Assembly: GCA_964035545.1 (NCBI GenBank)
Contig: OZ037769.1
Location: 8,785,929 to 8,849,928 of the forward strand
Length of the DNA: 64,000 bases
From: Bugula neritina
Taxonomy: Eukaryota > Animalia > Bryozoa
Reading direction: 5' to 3'
Position 1 is the first letter of the stretch, and every line of letters starts with the position of its first letter. Position numbers and translations under genes: made by a program. Below, piece after piece: positions 38,555 through 53,700 of this stretch. The notes beneath the pieces are model-generated. The model did no database searches. It had not been told where the DNA came from and saw nothing but the letters and a program-made list of their open reading frames with translations.

Positions 38555-41500
38555 ATGGTTGTTATCGAGTTAAGCATCGTGCTAATGTTTTGGGGTAGAG
38601 CTGACGGGTTTGTACCACAACAGCATCTAGATTCCTTTCTAGAGTTTGTTGATGTACCCACAGAGATACACGTTGGGCTTCTCTCCAAACAGTCAGAAGT
38701 TGTTAACACCACATTAGCAAAGGGGTACTGCATAGGATACGATGTGTTAGACAAGAATTTCTGTAAGTACTACAGTGACTGTTGTGCCTTGTCACCTTCT
38801 AGACCCGTGGAGCAGCTACCAGCTGGTACGTTCTCCTGTCACAATGGATACTATGTTATAGACAAGTGTCCAGTCACTACTACAGATAAGAAACTAGAAG
38901 AACTCTGTGAGCAAGATGACGGGCAGCTGACAGGTTTGTTTATATTAATTAGGTCACTGTAATGCTAATGGTGATAAGTAATATTATTACTAGCACAATT
39001 CTTGGCTGACAAAAATGTCTAAACTTTGGTAGGAAAGTTTTTGCTGACAGTCTGGCAGAGAGACGCAAAATGTTATAACAGTCTCGTAGTTATTCAAGTT
39101 TTTTAGTTTATGGCGAGCAAATATTATAGTGTTTGCGTCTTGTAGTTTATGACTAGAGATTTATTGAATATTGTATATAATGTAGTGAATTTTGCCAGTT
39201 CACTATTATTATGTGTGGGTCAACTTAAACAAAGCCACTGCACCAGGTTGTTTACGCTAAGATAACTTTATTATTTACACAAATACAAGAAGGTTATTTA
39301 CTGCTAGCATGAATAGAAAACGATTACATAATTAGTGAGCTTTAATACACAACTACTCTAAATGAAGTCCCAAGCTGCTCTGCCGGCTAGCTACTCAGCG
39401 CACTGCAACTACGAGTAGCTAGCTCCACCTGCTATCAATTAGTGTGCCTGTCCTGATTGGCTAGCGTTAGTGGTGCCACTGTCGACTGTAAGATATTGTC
39501 GGATAACAGTCTACGCCGAGTCCGTCTCGTCGATACTAATTAACTCCATCACCATAAGCATAACACTAGCATCTGCTACTAAGCAGCTAACTGCCAGTGC
39601 ATTAGTAGCTAGCAATACTTGTCCAGCCAAGTACAAGAGAGATTGTACGCATTCCAATTGTCAGCTATTATGATAATTGATCTTTAATACTTATAGCCAT
39701 TATGCCAAGCGTATAGAGAGCAAGCCATGAAGAGTTATCCTTTCGATAATAACATAATCTAAAATCCATTACACTAACAACTCTGGTTAGTATTGCTACA
39801 AATAAGGTGCAGTGCCTGCATTAAAAATTTTTATAATATTTTGTTCTTCCATAAAGTTTGATAGATTTGGTTCCGAGATATTTGCTGACAGTGCTTGAAA
39901 CTCATTGACTCAAGTCCCTTGCTTTAATCTTTGACTTGACTTGACTTGACATGCTCCACTAGTTGGCCTGACTTAAATATTTTTATTGACCAGTTGCAAA
40001 TCTTTCAAGCAACTCAAAACTTCGGGACTGATAGATTTATATTTTAGTATAACTTACATATGGCTATTATAAAAATAATTTTAACTATAATGATTAATAG
40101 CATTTTAATGAAGGCTGTGTAATCAAGCATGACTTCATGTTATATTGTCAGAATACTATAATCACTACAGCTATAGTAATTTGATGGTATTTAACGCTAT
40201 TACAGCAATTTACTTTTAATTTTATTTTCATTTATTAAATATAAGCAACTGCCTACCAATTTGTATATTTACGCTTATTTTTTTAAATAGACATATCATT
40301 ATAGGCCTACATATTAGCTTGTTCATGCACTTGTCAGTCATTTTGATTTTTTTAAATAACTTGACTTGACTTAATTAGCTATTGGTTTGGCTTTCTGTGG
40401 TTTTGAATCAGCTTTGCCTATTTATAAAATTAGAAAGTTAAAATTAAAAGTATCTACAAATTATCTTTAAGCACAAAATTTTTAACAAGAATTGACAAGG
40501 TGATATACATTATTGTCCATATAACAATTGAATTTCGGTGCTGTACAAGTAGCAGCGCAGAAATGAGAGAGTTTCTGTTGGTTGATTAGTTTGGAAACCT
40601 GAACTATACCTTTTATATATATACATGAATCCCTCAATGTTATACAATAATAATGTGTTTCAATACTTACCGCAATATACTGTTTAATCATCATTATTTC
40701 TATCCTCAACAACTTGCACGCGCTCAATTAAATCTGATATTATAATTATACTTACTGTAGCTTGGATTGTATCATACGCTGTAAAATTACATCATGATTT
40801 ATAGCGGTTTCAACTTTCTTAAAATCACAGTAAATTTGTAAGTTTTGACAATTTGCTATTTTATCAAGTTTCAAACAGATAGCTTGTGCATATGGCTTCA
40901 AGTTCAGGGTATATTGTCATGTTTATTAAAATAAATGTTAATAATGAACTAAAAATAGACATTTTCATTGGTGTAAAGAACATAGATTTTTGCATAAAAT
41001 ATGTGCTAAAAGTTTATACACTTAGTAGAGCAATCAAATGTTTAATAAAAGCAAATATATATTTTAGATATTTCGATAAGACTTTGGCCTGTTAGAGGAG
41101 TTGTTAGCCATCTGTTATACAAGAATGTATACTGTGCCATGTGCAATGGAGTGGATCCTTACCAGAAGATCAACCTGGCTGACCAACCTCTTCACACTGG
41201 ATCCAATAACATTGAGACCTCTAATGAGACGTTAGACAGCGTTGAGTGGCTCCCGGCAAATGTTGAATGTGAAACTGATAAAATTAGAGACTATGTGGAG
41301 AACCAGCCAACCAGAGACAAGCTGCTAGCTTTAGTCAAGTCAGTATGAATACATAGACTCCTATACAGCCACATTTTTCTTTACCTAGCAGTAATTTATT
41401 TTTGAGTTCGATGGCAACTTTTTCAAATATTTCCTTAGTGAAACTTGTTTTAAACTTTTGCTTGTTGTTGAAAAAAAGTTGCACTTGTTAGGCTTTGTAC

Positions 41501-44500
41501 TAAAGCTTTTACAGAACTTGGCACTTTCAACAGCACAATCATCATTTCTCATTGAGTCACTGTCAATACTTATTTTCATTTTATGTTTATAATCTAAGCC
41601 CAACTTTCTGCTTGCTCTCGTCAAAATGTGAGTTTACTTGTAGCATATAAACTGACACTCATTCTGGGCATTATTATCCTGTTGGTGTTAAACCAAAAAA
41701 ATTGGCATGTGTTGCCCTACAAAATAATCTATAACACAGTCAAACTTTTTGTAGGCCGGAATTTATGCTATAAAAATACTAAATTGTTGTAAGCTATTGG
41801 AATATTCTATTAAGTAGTAAGTCATCTCTTGTACCAGTGTTATGTCACTCTATATTCTACGTTATAGTTTTACTGGACAGGCAGATTTATTACTCTAACA
41901 TTTTGCAGAGATTGCGAGATTTTCTACCATCCACCAGTTTCACCACACTTGTGTGTAAATGCCATCAGAACTTGTCCAGATCTCTCGAACTTTGAACTCT
42001 CAGAATTGTGTGCGAAAGGACCTGCTAACTATATAAAAGTGATAACTACAAATCAAATCTACAGAAATCAGTTTTGCGCAGAGTGCCATCAGCAAAATTT
42101 AATGAACATTGAGCCAGCAAAGCTTAATGTAGAAGAATTACAACCAGAAAATCTGCAGCTTACTTGGATTAACACAAAACTTTCTCAAAGAGCAAATTCC
42201 ATTGCTAGCAATTATGAAGTGTTGATGAGTGCTAGGTTATCATTGTATCATAATGCAACTGAGTTGAAGTCTTCACGCTTCAGTAGCAGAATAAATGTGA
42301 CCTGCTCCTACTTTGCAGATGATGCATACAGCTTCTGTAAGCAAGATATGACTAATATTACAGGAAACTCAACAGATAGTTCAGCTTCTCTCTGGAACTT
42401 AGGCTCTTTTAGCTGCCATAGTCCTCATGCTAAGGTCTGTGACCAGTTTATAGTAAGCAATGCGAATTCTTCATTGAGTTGCACAGAGCCAGGTTGTGGT
42501 GAAGGATATTTGTTAGATCCAGAGACACTGTCCTGCACTGAAGTAAATGAATTTACCATTCTTCCAAATACTCAGTTGAACAACCTAACATGGCACTCTG
42601 ATATAATGTGTCAATATCTTAGCAGATGTGAAGCTGTCAAGCAGGGACTAATGAAGGAGGATGAGTTGAATTGTTATTGTGATAAGTTTTGTGTTTATTT
42701 TAATGACTGCTGTGAAGATTCTGACCACCAGGCTACTAACCAGACTGCGTTGGAACACGGTACGTTCTCTTGCATCCCTGAACTAAATTGGAATTTCAAT
42801 GTTGTTGATGGCTATGAAATGGGTGTTATGGAAATTGATAAATGCCCCGCCAATTTTGAAAATCTCACCGTCATTGAACTTTGTGATTCGCCTTCTGCAA
42901 GTCTCACATGGAGTTCTCCAAACCTGCCAGTGACAGACATTGCAACTGGGTTGAGGTAATGTTCTAAATACATTACATCAGTATGTCTGTCTCACACTGT
43001 ATGCTGTCGCCTTGGCTCAACTTACTCCTTGTTTGAGTTAGATCATGCCTGCTTTTCTTCAGTCTATTTGTACAAGTTTTGCATCTCTCAATAAGACAAC
43101 TCCAAATTATTTACTCTTCAACTCATCAAACCAATTCCAACTGTATGAGCTCATGTTTCATTAGCAAAACATTCTTTTTATTGGTTAAAAGATTATAAAA
43201 TTGCCCAATACATAGGATGGAAACTTAGCAGACATGGTGTTTATTGTATCTGCTGAGCTGTAAACTCATTGAGGAATTTACATTGTAGTTGTCCGATTTT
43301 AGTCTTTGAACACTTTGAACCCTCTTGTGTAGGGATCAGAGCTCGAATACACACAGGAGTATGCAATACCTTCCTCAGTTTTTAAAACCTGACCTCAGCA
43401 GCACTGCCCCCATAACAACCCTTTGTAAGCACTCGACAACAGCGCATGTAGTTGAGGGGGAATGCTGATAGAAAGTAATTGCACTAGGATAATTTAACAT
43501 AGCTCATAATAATGTTCAAAATATAAGCCTAATCATCCTAATCACAAACTTTTTATATGTTATTTTACTCTGAAAAGGCTCTAAATTCGTCTCAACTTTT
43601 AAGTTTAAACTCTGCTGTCCTTTTCTGGCATTCCTGTTGAAAAGACTGAAAAACGTTAAGGCTCATGACATTTTAGATGCTAATATTTGCATACTTTAGG
43701 GTACCCTCATCATTTTTTTCAAACTTTCACCGCATCTGTGATTCAATTTTATTAAAACTACTATCTGAGCTTTTATTAACCGAGTTGCTTCACTTGTTCC
43801 AGTGCTACTACCTAGTGTTATCCTATTCATCATAAATATAATTCTAATAATTATATTTGTAAGGCACATTAGTAAATTTGGCTAAATTATGCTAACCAAA
43901 TTCACTAAAATAATTAGGCAAACTGTATCACTGCCGGTATAGCGGAAATGCTGAACTGAATTCTTATTTGTTAAGAGGTGAGATTCTGGCTAGCTAATGA
44001 TTAGATGTTCATGGCTATGTGTTGGCATGTTACAGTGTGACTAGTAGCATAGAATGGATGACCTATTGAAAATCCCTTAAAGCAGCACTGAGCCGATGGT
44101 CACTGAGTGCAACTTTTTGGAGGAGGGGTTGGGAGAGTGAGGGTCTTGAGTTTGGGGTTAGGAATTTAGGCAACGACAACTCAGTCACCCAAACTCAGTG
44201 TTGCTAGCTACATTTCAGTACTTCTGAAATGATGGAGCTGCAGTTAAATGCCATATTTTATGATGAAGAAACATTTTATTTGCTGTTTCTTTATGAATTG
44301 TCTATAATAAGAGCTTTTATGGTATAGTCTATCATTTATATTTGATTTTACTTTGTAGGTATTCTAATATGTACTGTGCCATGTGTCACAAGGTAGAGAA
44401 TTTTCTCTTCTGGAGGTTAGAAGTTGGGTGTATTGAAGTAGCTAATGACACATGCACTCAACCAATCAGAACAGATGTAACAAGTGATGAATTTAAAGAT

Positions 44501-47051
44501 AACGTTCAGATGTTCCAAATGGACCCTGGTATTATTCAGCTGAAAAGGTATAAATCTAATTCATCATGTATTTCGTAGTTATACAATCTAAACAAATTAT
44601 TATATTTCGATTAAAGTGATAGTAGGTAAAAATGACAAATAGAAACGTCCTTTGCTGTTGACACATTGCGCTAATAGGAAAGAAATGTCAGATATTTTTT
44701 AACTTAGCTGCTGTGATAAAAGTTGTAGATGTTACTATAATCAACACAAACATGTAAACTAGCCCTGCGTTGTGTTTAAAATGACTTAGACATATATCCT
44801 ACATTCTACAATATTAAATACAAGGTGTTACTTCTAATCTAGTCCTATGATATTTAGCACATAAGTAAGCAATGCATAACGATTGTTTTTTATTCAAGTT
44901 GAATTGCAAAACTATGCTTTCAGATCAGGATTGTGTAAAACCAAAAGATTCACTCCACCTGATAACAACACCATTTACCGAAAGTGCCGTTTAGATGCTA
45001 ATGAATATGTCTCTACATGTTCAGGAAGTTCAAAAGATTGGAAAATTTCTAGTCTATGTGAATCGGAACCAACATCTTTTGTGTATGAGGGCAGTTCGCT
45101 AGCAAACCTTCAAAATTCTATAGGTTCTGTTGGTACTAAGTTTCATTTTTGGGATAGTAATGCTGGGCATTCCGTGGAGTACCAAACTTTCATAGCTAAC
45201 AGAAAGTTTCGTAACAGTTACTGTGCCAGCTGCAACAGTGTGGCCTGGCAGGGTTGTCAGATTAGAGAAACATTCAAGGCTGATATAAACAGTTCTAGAC
45301 TCTTTGATCAGTACATAAATGGTGAAACAAAATATATGTTTATTTTCCGCATAGACTTCAATGAGAGGACATGTACAAGAGATTCGGATGCATATTTGGT
45401 TTACCCAAACTATGAGACTGGACAAGACACCTGCCAGAACATAACAGCTCTTCTCAGACAATGTGACTGTAACGATGTCATGGATTTAAACACCCTAGCA
45501 TGTGTAACATATAAGAATGGGACTACTGAAGAAATCTGTAATGAAATGCTTCCAAATATAACAATTTTCAACCTACCTGCATATGCCACTAATCAGTGTG
45601 AAGATAATTTCACCTATAAGGCACTACCACCAGCAGATGCTCAGCGTGAATGTAACAAATGTTCACAACAACCAAGAAGCTCATCAAACACTACAGGATG
45701 TTTGGAAGTTTACAGTTTTGATTTGTTTGAAACAAATGCATTTAGTGTATTTCCAACCATTCATTGTTACAGTAGAGAGCTACTCCATTGTAATTTGATA
45801 TTCCCTGATCAGAAATTTGGGTGTGTTAATGATTTCATGGGTAGGGTCACCGCTCATGGAGTATATCACACTACTGTAGAAACAGAGGCTACCATTCTAA
45901 ATGCACTTGTTATAATATATAGCCCTTCCACCTATGTATTTACTGTGTTACCAACAACAGTGCATGGTGGCTTTGACTTAGTATTTTCAACGTATATAGC
46001 AGAAACATCAAGTTATTGTTCAAAATTTGACATTGATGAAGCTATCTCTTCTAGATTCACTGTGTGCCCAGATAAAAGCATCCAGAGTGTATCTCCACCC
46101 CAGCTCATTCACACTGATTATTACTTGGAGGGAGATGTCGTTAAAGTGTGTACTGAATATGAATTACCTGGTTTTGATTTACAATTACAAGACTACATAC
46201 TGTCAGGATTATCAATTACTGTTTCCACTATCTACATAATTTACTATTTGGTCAGAAGACAATGGACTTTAACAGGAAATCTCATTGTAAGTGCAATAGC
46301 CACCCTCGTAGGAGCTTTGCTCTTCTACAGCCTCATTAAGGAAGTTCGAAACTCAAGAGTGCCGTGTCGGGTGGTTGGGTCGCTTGCCCAGTATTTTCTA
46401 ATGTGTACACACACATGGACAAACTCCCTGGCTATTTGGATGATACGTGGAATTGCTAAAGTTCAAATTGCCGCCACCAGTGGAAAGAAAACTTACATTA
46501 AATTTGCCTTGTATTCTTGGCTCACACCAGGAGTGTTCATTGCATTAACTTATGTACTAGACAGATTTCAAGTTGCAGGCCTCTACCCAGTCTTTTCCCC
46601 ATACCTGTGTTTTGTGGAGGGAGGCTGGATAAGAGTATTGACATTCACAGGGTTTATATACGCATTGATTTTAATCAACTCAATTCTGTGCGTTATTGCT
46701 GTGTACAAAATTGTCAAATCAGATCAGAATCTTCATACTGCAGATAAAAAACGAACTAAAAAGAAGATTTTGACTGTAGTAAAACTTCAGATAATATTTG
46801 GATTTCACTGGATATTGCTGTTTTTTACTGAAATTGGTGGATCTGGACCAGCTAAAAGGCAGCTGTGGATTGTTTTAAGTGTTTTCATTACACTGCAAGG
46901 TATTTCTGTCGTTCTGTCACAAGTGATTCAGCTGGAGAGCTTCTCAAAGTTATCTAGAATGTTCTCGCGAATGAAAGAGAGTAAAGGTGATAAAAGTCAC
47001 AATGCGCATACAGCAGAAGCTCATGGGAATTCTCAAAGTAGTCAGCTCTGA
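38555..47051 (+). CDS. Class B (secretin/adhesion/Methuselah-like) GPCR with long Cys-rich, somatomedin-B-like ectodomain (~1337 aa)
   Basis: Exons 38555-38933, 41068-41338, 41909-42955, 44359-44547 and 44924-47051 join in frame (4014 nt). Signal-peptide-like N-terminus (MVVIELSIVLMFWGRADG). SMB-like NCYCDKFCVYFNDCCED. Four [YF]xNx[YF]CAxC motifs. Seven hydrophobic segments with class-B/Mth-like signatures (PCRVVGSLAQYFLMCTHTWTN, FALYSWLTP, LCFV, IIFGFHWI, ITLQGISV). AATAAA at ~47199. Confidence 0.9.
44081..44205. mobile_element. Possible small inverted-repeat element in GPCR intron
   Basis: AGCAGCACTGAG / CTCAGTGTTGCT inverted ends around a G-rich GGGTT/TTAGG core; no clear TSD. Confidence 0.3.
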
Positions 47052-47883
47052 GTCACAACTTGATACAGGATTCCTACTAGTCAGTGTGTGACTATGTTTT
47101 ACTCTCAGATACAAGTTACTATAACTAAATTGTTTATTTGTAAACTATTTATATTCTTTTATCTGTTGCTCATATTATTTTGTTAATAACATTGAATCAA
47201 TAAAATGTTTAAAACCTTGAAAATCTAATGCATGTATAAATATTTGACTTCTATTACTGATAAAACCTTCATGCATTAATCATGTAAAACTTATATACAA
47301 CTAAACTTTGTACATACTTTATTTTGAGCTTAGGGATCAGTAGGATTTTTCAGTTTGCATATATTTTATTGTGCGTGCGCTGTTAGTTATAATTGATGGG
47401 GTATAAATAATTTATAATAATACATTATTAAGCGTAGCACTAGAGTGGTTTTAGCAACCCTATAATACTGTTGATAATCCATTCAGTTCACCCCACTACT
47501 CGCTAGTGCTATATATACAATATATAAATACACCAAGTATAAACTAGCATATATAACCTGCATTAGTTCCATAACTCTCATGGTCTATTTATCTCAATAA
47601 ATGATGGCAAAGCAAAACACTTGTTTTGTATAATAGCCACAAAATATTTTCATGCAGGTTCTAGAATCTAGAGCTAACTCTACAAAGCCAAAGGTGATAA
47701 AATCAATGTTAACCATTTTCTTCATGAGAAAATTACTTTGCTTTTATATATCTATTAAAATTGTAGAATATTTCATTAAAGAGCAAAATATAGATTTTGT
47801 CTATTAGAACAATTTTCTTAGCAGGCTGTAAAATTACTCTTCAAGACACATCTGGCAGCTTGATTCTCTGAACCGTTATGCAA

Positions 47884-48296
47884 CACGCTCACACACATGC
47901 ACCTATACACACACATGCTCACACACATGCGCACACACACACATGCACACACGCACCTATACACACACGCTCACACACATGCACCTATACACATGCATGC
48001 ACCTATACACACACATGCTCACACACATGCGCACACACACACATGCACACACGCACCTATACACACACGCTCACACACATGCACCTATACACATGCATGC
48101 ACACACGCACACATGCATGCATGCATGCACACAGACACGCACATGCATGCACACAGACACGCACACACATGCACACACTATGCACACACACATACACAGG
48201 CACACACACACATGCACACACACATGCGCACACACCATGCACACACACATGCACGCATATGCATACACACACGAACACGCACACGCGCACACACGT
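47884..48296. repeat. Compound CA-rich microsatellite with an ~90-bp internal duplication
   Basis: Seen directly; source of the His/Thr and Val/Cys ORFs. Confidence 0.95.
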
Positions 48297-50776
48297 GATA
48301 TTTATAGATTTTGAGACATGAGTTTACTTGTTTATATGCATTTAGTAAGACAATGTAACATAGATCACTCTGCAAACATATAACTGCATGTTAGAAATTG
48401 CAAGTAATTTCTGTGAGAGCTGCTTGATAACTGTAACCAACCAGCTTTATTATACAGGAAACACTTATATAACAATATAATAATAAAATTAGCAACAAGT
48501 CCTGACTCTCCAGTCTCACTGTTTTACATCAGCTTAGGGATGCTATTACAAAAAAGGTGCTAAAATTCTCTTTGTAAAATGTGAAATATTTTTTATTATT
48601 CTGAATTTATAGTAATTATTAGTTCGACAGTAAAGCAAATCCAAATCAATATTCAGCTATATAAAGATTTAGGTTATATTAGAAAACCAGGGTTTGAGAT
48701 ATATTTGATTCTTTCTTGCTGTTGCTTTATAAAGTGTGTACTTTTGTTTTTGACAATGATTGAGAAATTGTCTTCCTTTGGTTCTAAGTTTGGAAGATTT
48801 ATTAATACTAATTCCCTTTGGTTAAACTTATACATAAGGGGTAAAAATAAAGTTTCTATTTTCATAATTGTTATAAATTAAAATCAGATCCGGCCTAATG
48901 GAATACATCTTAATTTTATATTACAATTGCAATTATATTAGGTAACAATCTACAAATGTATTAAAATAAGGCTTTCAATTAAATATGTGTTCAATATTGG
49001 TACAATTAGCAAAACATTCTAAAAAAATAGCATTCAGTCAGTTTTGTATCATAACTTCGTAACTTTCATAATTTGAAGCTCAATCACAGCTATTGGTTTT
49101 AATTAGAATGGAAGAAGATTTAATTTCAATATTTTCATAAACTAGTTAAATGCTTACTTTTAAATTTGTTTATAATGCTGCTTTAATAAGCTCTATCTAC
49201 TCAGTATGCGTTATCATTAAAGAGGGTTGGCTGAAAAATCTTTGCTTGCAGATATCATTATACTTGAAAAAATACAAAGAAATTAGAAAACTGAGAGGGT
49301 AACTCTTCATTCTATTCACCTAATACTTTGGTCAAGGCTTAAAGTATATCTATCTAAAAATAAACATTTTTGGCCAAGTCTTTGCAATTGCATTATAATT
49401 ATAATTTTAAACCTATTTATATGCTATACACATATATTTGAAATTTTGCTTGATATAAAATGCTAAACATTTTGTTAACACATATAATTCTGGTATTTTA
49501 AAATACACAGAGAAACTTCTGCACAAGGTGGGTACACATGTGCCCACCCTTCTCCTGTGCTCCAGTGAAGGAAGACAAGCAGCTAAAATTGTAGCTTTAA
49601 ATTGGCATCTCTACTCTTCAGCTCTGAGCAGTAGTAGGCATTGTTTGCTAATGGCATATAAATATCATCGATTCTTTCATTTCAATTGAAATATCTTCAA
49701 TTCTAAATTATAAGTGTCTATTGATTAAGTAATGCAATAGGCCATGGCAGGTTACAACACAGCTGAAGATCTGAAAGCAACTAATACATGCAGTTTAGTG
49801 TAGATCGGGCGCTCATTAGCTCCTTTTGCTATTATTTTGCCAACTTTACTCGGCACACAAATTTCCGTGGAAATTACAAAACACGTAATTATTATGAATA
49901 AAATGGTAAGATAACGAATATTTATTTTTAACTTTTTTTAAATAGTAATTTTTTGCTGGTTTCTTTGCGCTTGCTTCAAAGTATTTTTTTTAAGTTCCAG
50001 CAGTTGCTTTCAAAATTGTTATATAAAAATAAGACAATTAGTTATTTTTTGATCATATATAGTATATACTTTTGCTTTCACAAAATCGTAGAGTAAAGCT
50101 GCAGGCTTTGGGATTCTATTCTTTAGTACAATTTGACACTTTATAAATACGAGAACAGCGACACCATGCAAAAGAGAAATATTTGAGTAAACTGTTTTAT
50201 GTATAACACAGCTATGACTGCCTGTCAAACAGCCTAAGGATGATCTGCTGGGCAGAAACTGAAGGTGATTCTGATTTAGGATGGCAAGCAAAGAAAGAGG
50301 TGGGCTTCTACACTTGAGTCAACACCCATCAAGTTTATTAGTGGATCATAGATCAGATATTATAATTATCAAAATGCAAACAATACAGTTCCGTATGAGT
50401 GCACCATCACTATGTCTATTAATATGTTGTGCAAAGCTATGAGATTAAAAGTTACAAGCAGTGATAAAAAAGGAACTCTGATCTCTATCTAAATTAATTT
50501 AGTGTCATTTTCACCAATCACAAACTATATATATTTTGGTTTATACAGTTATAAAAGTATTACTATATTATTATACTTGTTGCTAAATATTTGATTTATT
50601 TTGTATGCAATTATTTTTGTTGTTGTAGTTTATACGCACTTCACCACACATATTAATTAAATATGTAGTTTATATGCTGCTATATTATACAAATCATGCA
50701 ACCAATCTCAGCATAAAATTTGCTAAAACATTTTCAGCTATAATATCCATTGATAGATTTATATTATTGGCTGTAG

Positions 50777-53700
50777 GAAATGAAGAGCAACCCAATGTAC
50801 TCTCTTATGGATGTACAAATGGGCGGGTTGATGGTTGAAACTTATGAGAAAGAAGGAGTCCCTGGCATAGAGCGACTGTGTAAAGTAGAAATAGCCAAAC
50901 ACTACCTCTACAGCCATGGCAAGGGTCAGGTTATTAGTCATTCAGATTATGCTGATTGGATGAGCACATCAGCTGCCCAAAAGGTATAGTGTTTACATTC
51001 TTTAGAATGCTGGATAAATCCTTGATGAAGAATAAAATAGAATAAACCCTGTGAATACAGCATCTCAGTCAGTAATTTCTTGCAATAGTTTATTAGTTGG
51101 TCGACCTTGTCCAGTCGTTTAATAACATATTTTATGGTATATATAGTATTATATGTTATGAACATGTCATAGTGTCATAACATAGATACATATATCATCC
51201 TGCCAATGCATTGCGATATATAATAGCATGATTTACTCAAGTAAAATAAGCTTTTAACAACTAAAATTGCACCATTATTACAGTATACACAGCACTAATT
51301 ATCTCAGTCCAAAGAATATTTATCAGAGACTATAAATGCATAACTTCAGTCATTATTAAACTAGAAAGTACAGAAAAGTTGCAAATAATATGCATAATAA
51401 GCAATGGTATTCCGTAAAAGTTAAGGCCCTGCTTAAAACTTATTAAATGATAAAAGAGCTTCTCTTTAACAATATCTTGCATACTGCTGTCAGTTGAACT
51501 TTAAAGTGTTGAGAAGTATGCTGCCCGTGCTTCCAGCTGTTGAAGAGCAAACAAATGCCTATAGCACAGTTGATTACTGAAACTAAAATCCTTAGCAATA
51601 ATCAATATGAAATACAAAGTAGTTGAAAGAAACAAATATAATCTAATTTAAATTATCATAGTACCTAAAAGTAAATGTCCACAATATTTTTATTTTAGGC
51701 TTATGCATAATATATGTACTATGAGTGCTAAAACTTGAATTAAAATTAGGTATTTAGAACCTGCCATATATTTTGTTAGATGCATATTGTAAGCTAACAT
51801 ATTTTGTGTAGAAATAGTAATAGTGTCTTGGCAACTTGTTTAAATATTCTCGATTGTTAGAACACTAATAGTATTTTGGTAAAGAACCCGTGCATCAAGG
51901 GGGTCTATAAATAAAAGTTACAGGGGTGTATGGGGGTAGAAGAAACCACTTTACACATGTATGATATATGAGGTCACACACATCCTTGCTGTAGTTATAT
52001 GCATGGTGCTAGTTTTACATAATTCATAAGCTGCAGCTTTATTCAGAATTCCTGAATTTCTTGATATGTCAATATAGGGATAAACTTATGCAATGGCTAC
52101 CTACAGATTTTATATATACTAGTTCTAATTTGTACAAGGAGTATTATAGACTGAGAACAAATTATGAAGTTATTATGCTGAGAGTTTAGGGGAACAGAAA
52201 GCTTTTCATACTTTCGCTGACCTGCTTTAGAATTGATAGTCAGCATTAGATAATATCAATGAATGAATTGCTCCCTATGGTATAAATATTTACAATTTAA
52301 TTTTATCTTCATTGTTCTACTCTAATTGCTCTACATGAAAGTTTCTACTGATAGTAGATCCTTTATTCTTAGCCATTTGTCTGATATAATAGGCCAACTA
52401 TTATGCTCTATTTTCAGTATTGGAAATATGTAATGATAGACCAGTTTCCTTTTGATCATTAAAATAAATGACAAAATCAATAATGAAAACTGGCAATTGC
52501 ATCATCTGTAACCAACACTTTTACTCTGTAAATACTAAGTTTGTTTTTTTTTTTGGTAGTCTCAGCCTGGCTATATAATATGCTCAGTGACTTTAGTTGC
52601 CTAAGATAAACATTAGGTGTCCCAAACAAACTTGTCTCCTTACATCATAGGGTGACAGCTCTGATCTTCATCAAGGCAACTGGCAATAGCTAGTAGTTTG
52701 ATTATCTAAACGGCCGTTTTATTTTTGCAAACTAAAATCACATTTAATGGTTTTGATTGCAATGGTTTTGCAAGAGTAAATCTATACATTAATCAGATAT
52801 TTTATCATATATTTAAAATGATAAATATGCAGAAAGATGAGGTAATTTTATTGTATATTAAACAGATTGAAAAACTTCTGAACTTTTGACAATTTGGCAA
52901 ATGCCCATTACTCATTCATTTAAAGAGCATGAAAGAAACTTGAGTTAAAGCCATTTACAGGATTAACTAGTTCAATTCATACGATTATTATTATGTCTCG
53001 TAAAACTGCCAGTTCCATGCACTCTTTATCTATACTGTCAGTTAATTAAAACAGAATTACAAAAAAAGACTTTAAATTTAGGATGACTGTTCAAACCATA
53101 GTAACACGGACTACACTAAGAACAGATTTGTGAGATTTACAAACCACAAAGCATGTTGGAAATTACATAAAAGAGGTGTACTTGGCGAGACCATACTGCA
53201 TCTCTGCTATCATAATAATACTCCAATACACATAGAGATTGCAAAGGTGCTGCTGCAGTTATACCCACGCCTAGCCTTGGATATCACAGAAGGAGAAGAG
53301 AAGTATGGTAGGTCTAAACTTTGGTAAAGTAGACATCTAGCCATACAAAAACAATTAGGATGTATGCTACAGAGTTTAAAATATATATTTTGGTCTTCAT
53401 CAATTTATAAAAAGAGGATACTGACCCAAGATATTCCGTACCAAACCGCTTTAGACAACTAATAAATTCTCAATTATATTTGCATTCAACCAACATTTTT
53501 TACATCCTATTCACTAAAACTTTGAGGAATATTTATCAATGCAACAAGATTATTTTTACTTCATAATTGTGATTTATTGTTTTTGGGCTAAGGTACCAGT
53601 TTTAAAACAGCTTAAGATATACTACTGCTAAATTACTGCTGCTTTGTGTGCCATCTTTCCAATTAGTAACTAGAAACTCATGTTTCAAAGTATGTTGCTA

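Noticed and set aside
39890-40375. GACTT-repeat-bearing element in GPCR intron 1
   Set aside because: Suggestive of a non-autonomous transposon, but I could not define TIRs or a TSD.
45099-46747. Overlapping alternative-frame/antisense ORFs in the GPCR last exon (and similar ones over sAC and TRPV exons)
   Set aside because: Shadow ORFs of real coding sequence.
47878-48375. His/Thr-rich and Cys/Val-rich ORFs on both strands
   Set aside because: CA-type microsatellite artefacts.
49744-50300. Candidate upstream TRPV start exons (ATGs at 49744 and 50281)
   Set aside because: No phase-consistent junction to the 50777 exon was found, so the start is left undetermined.
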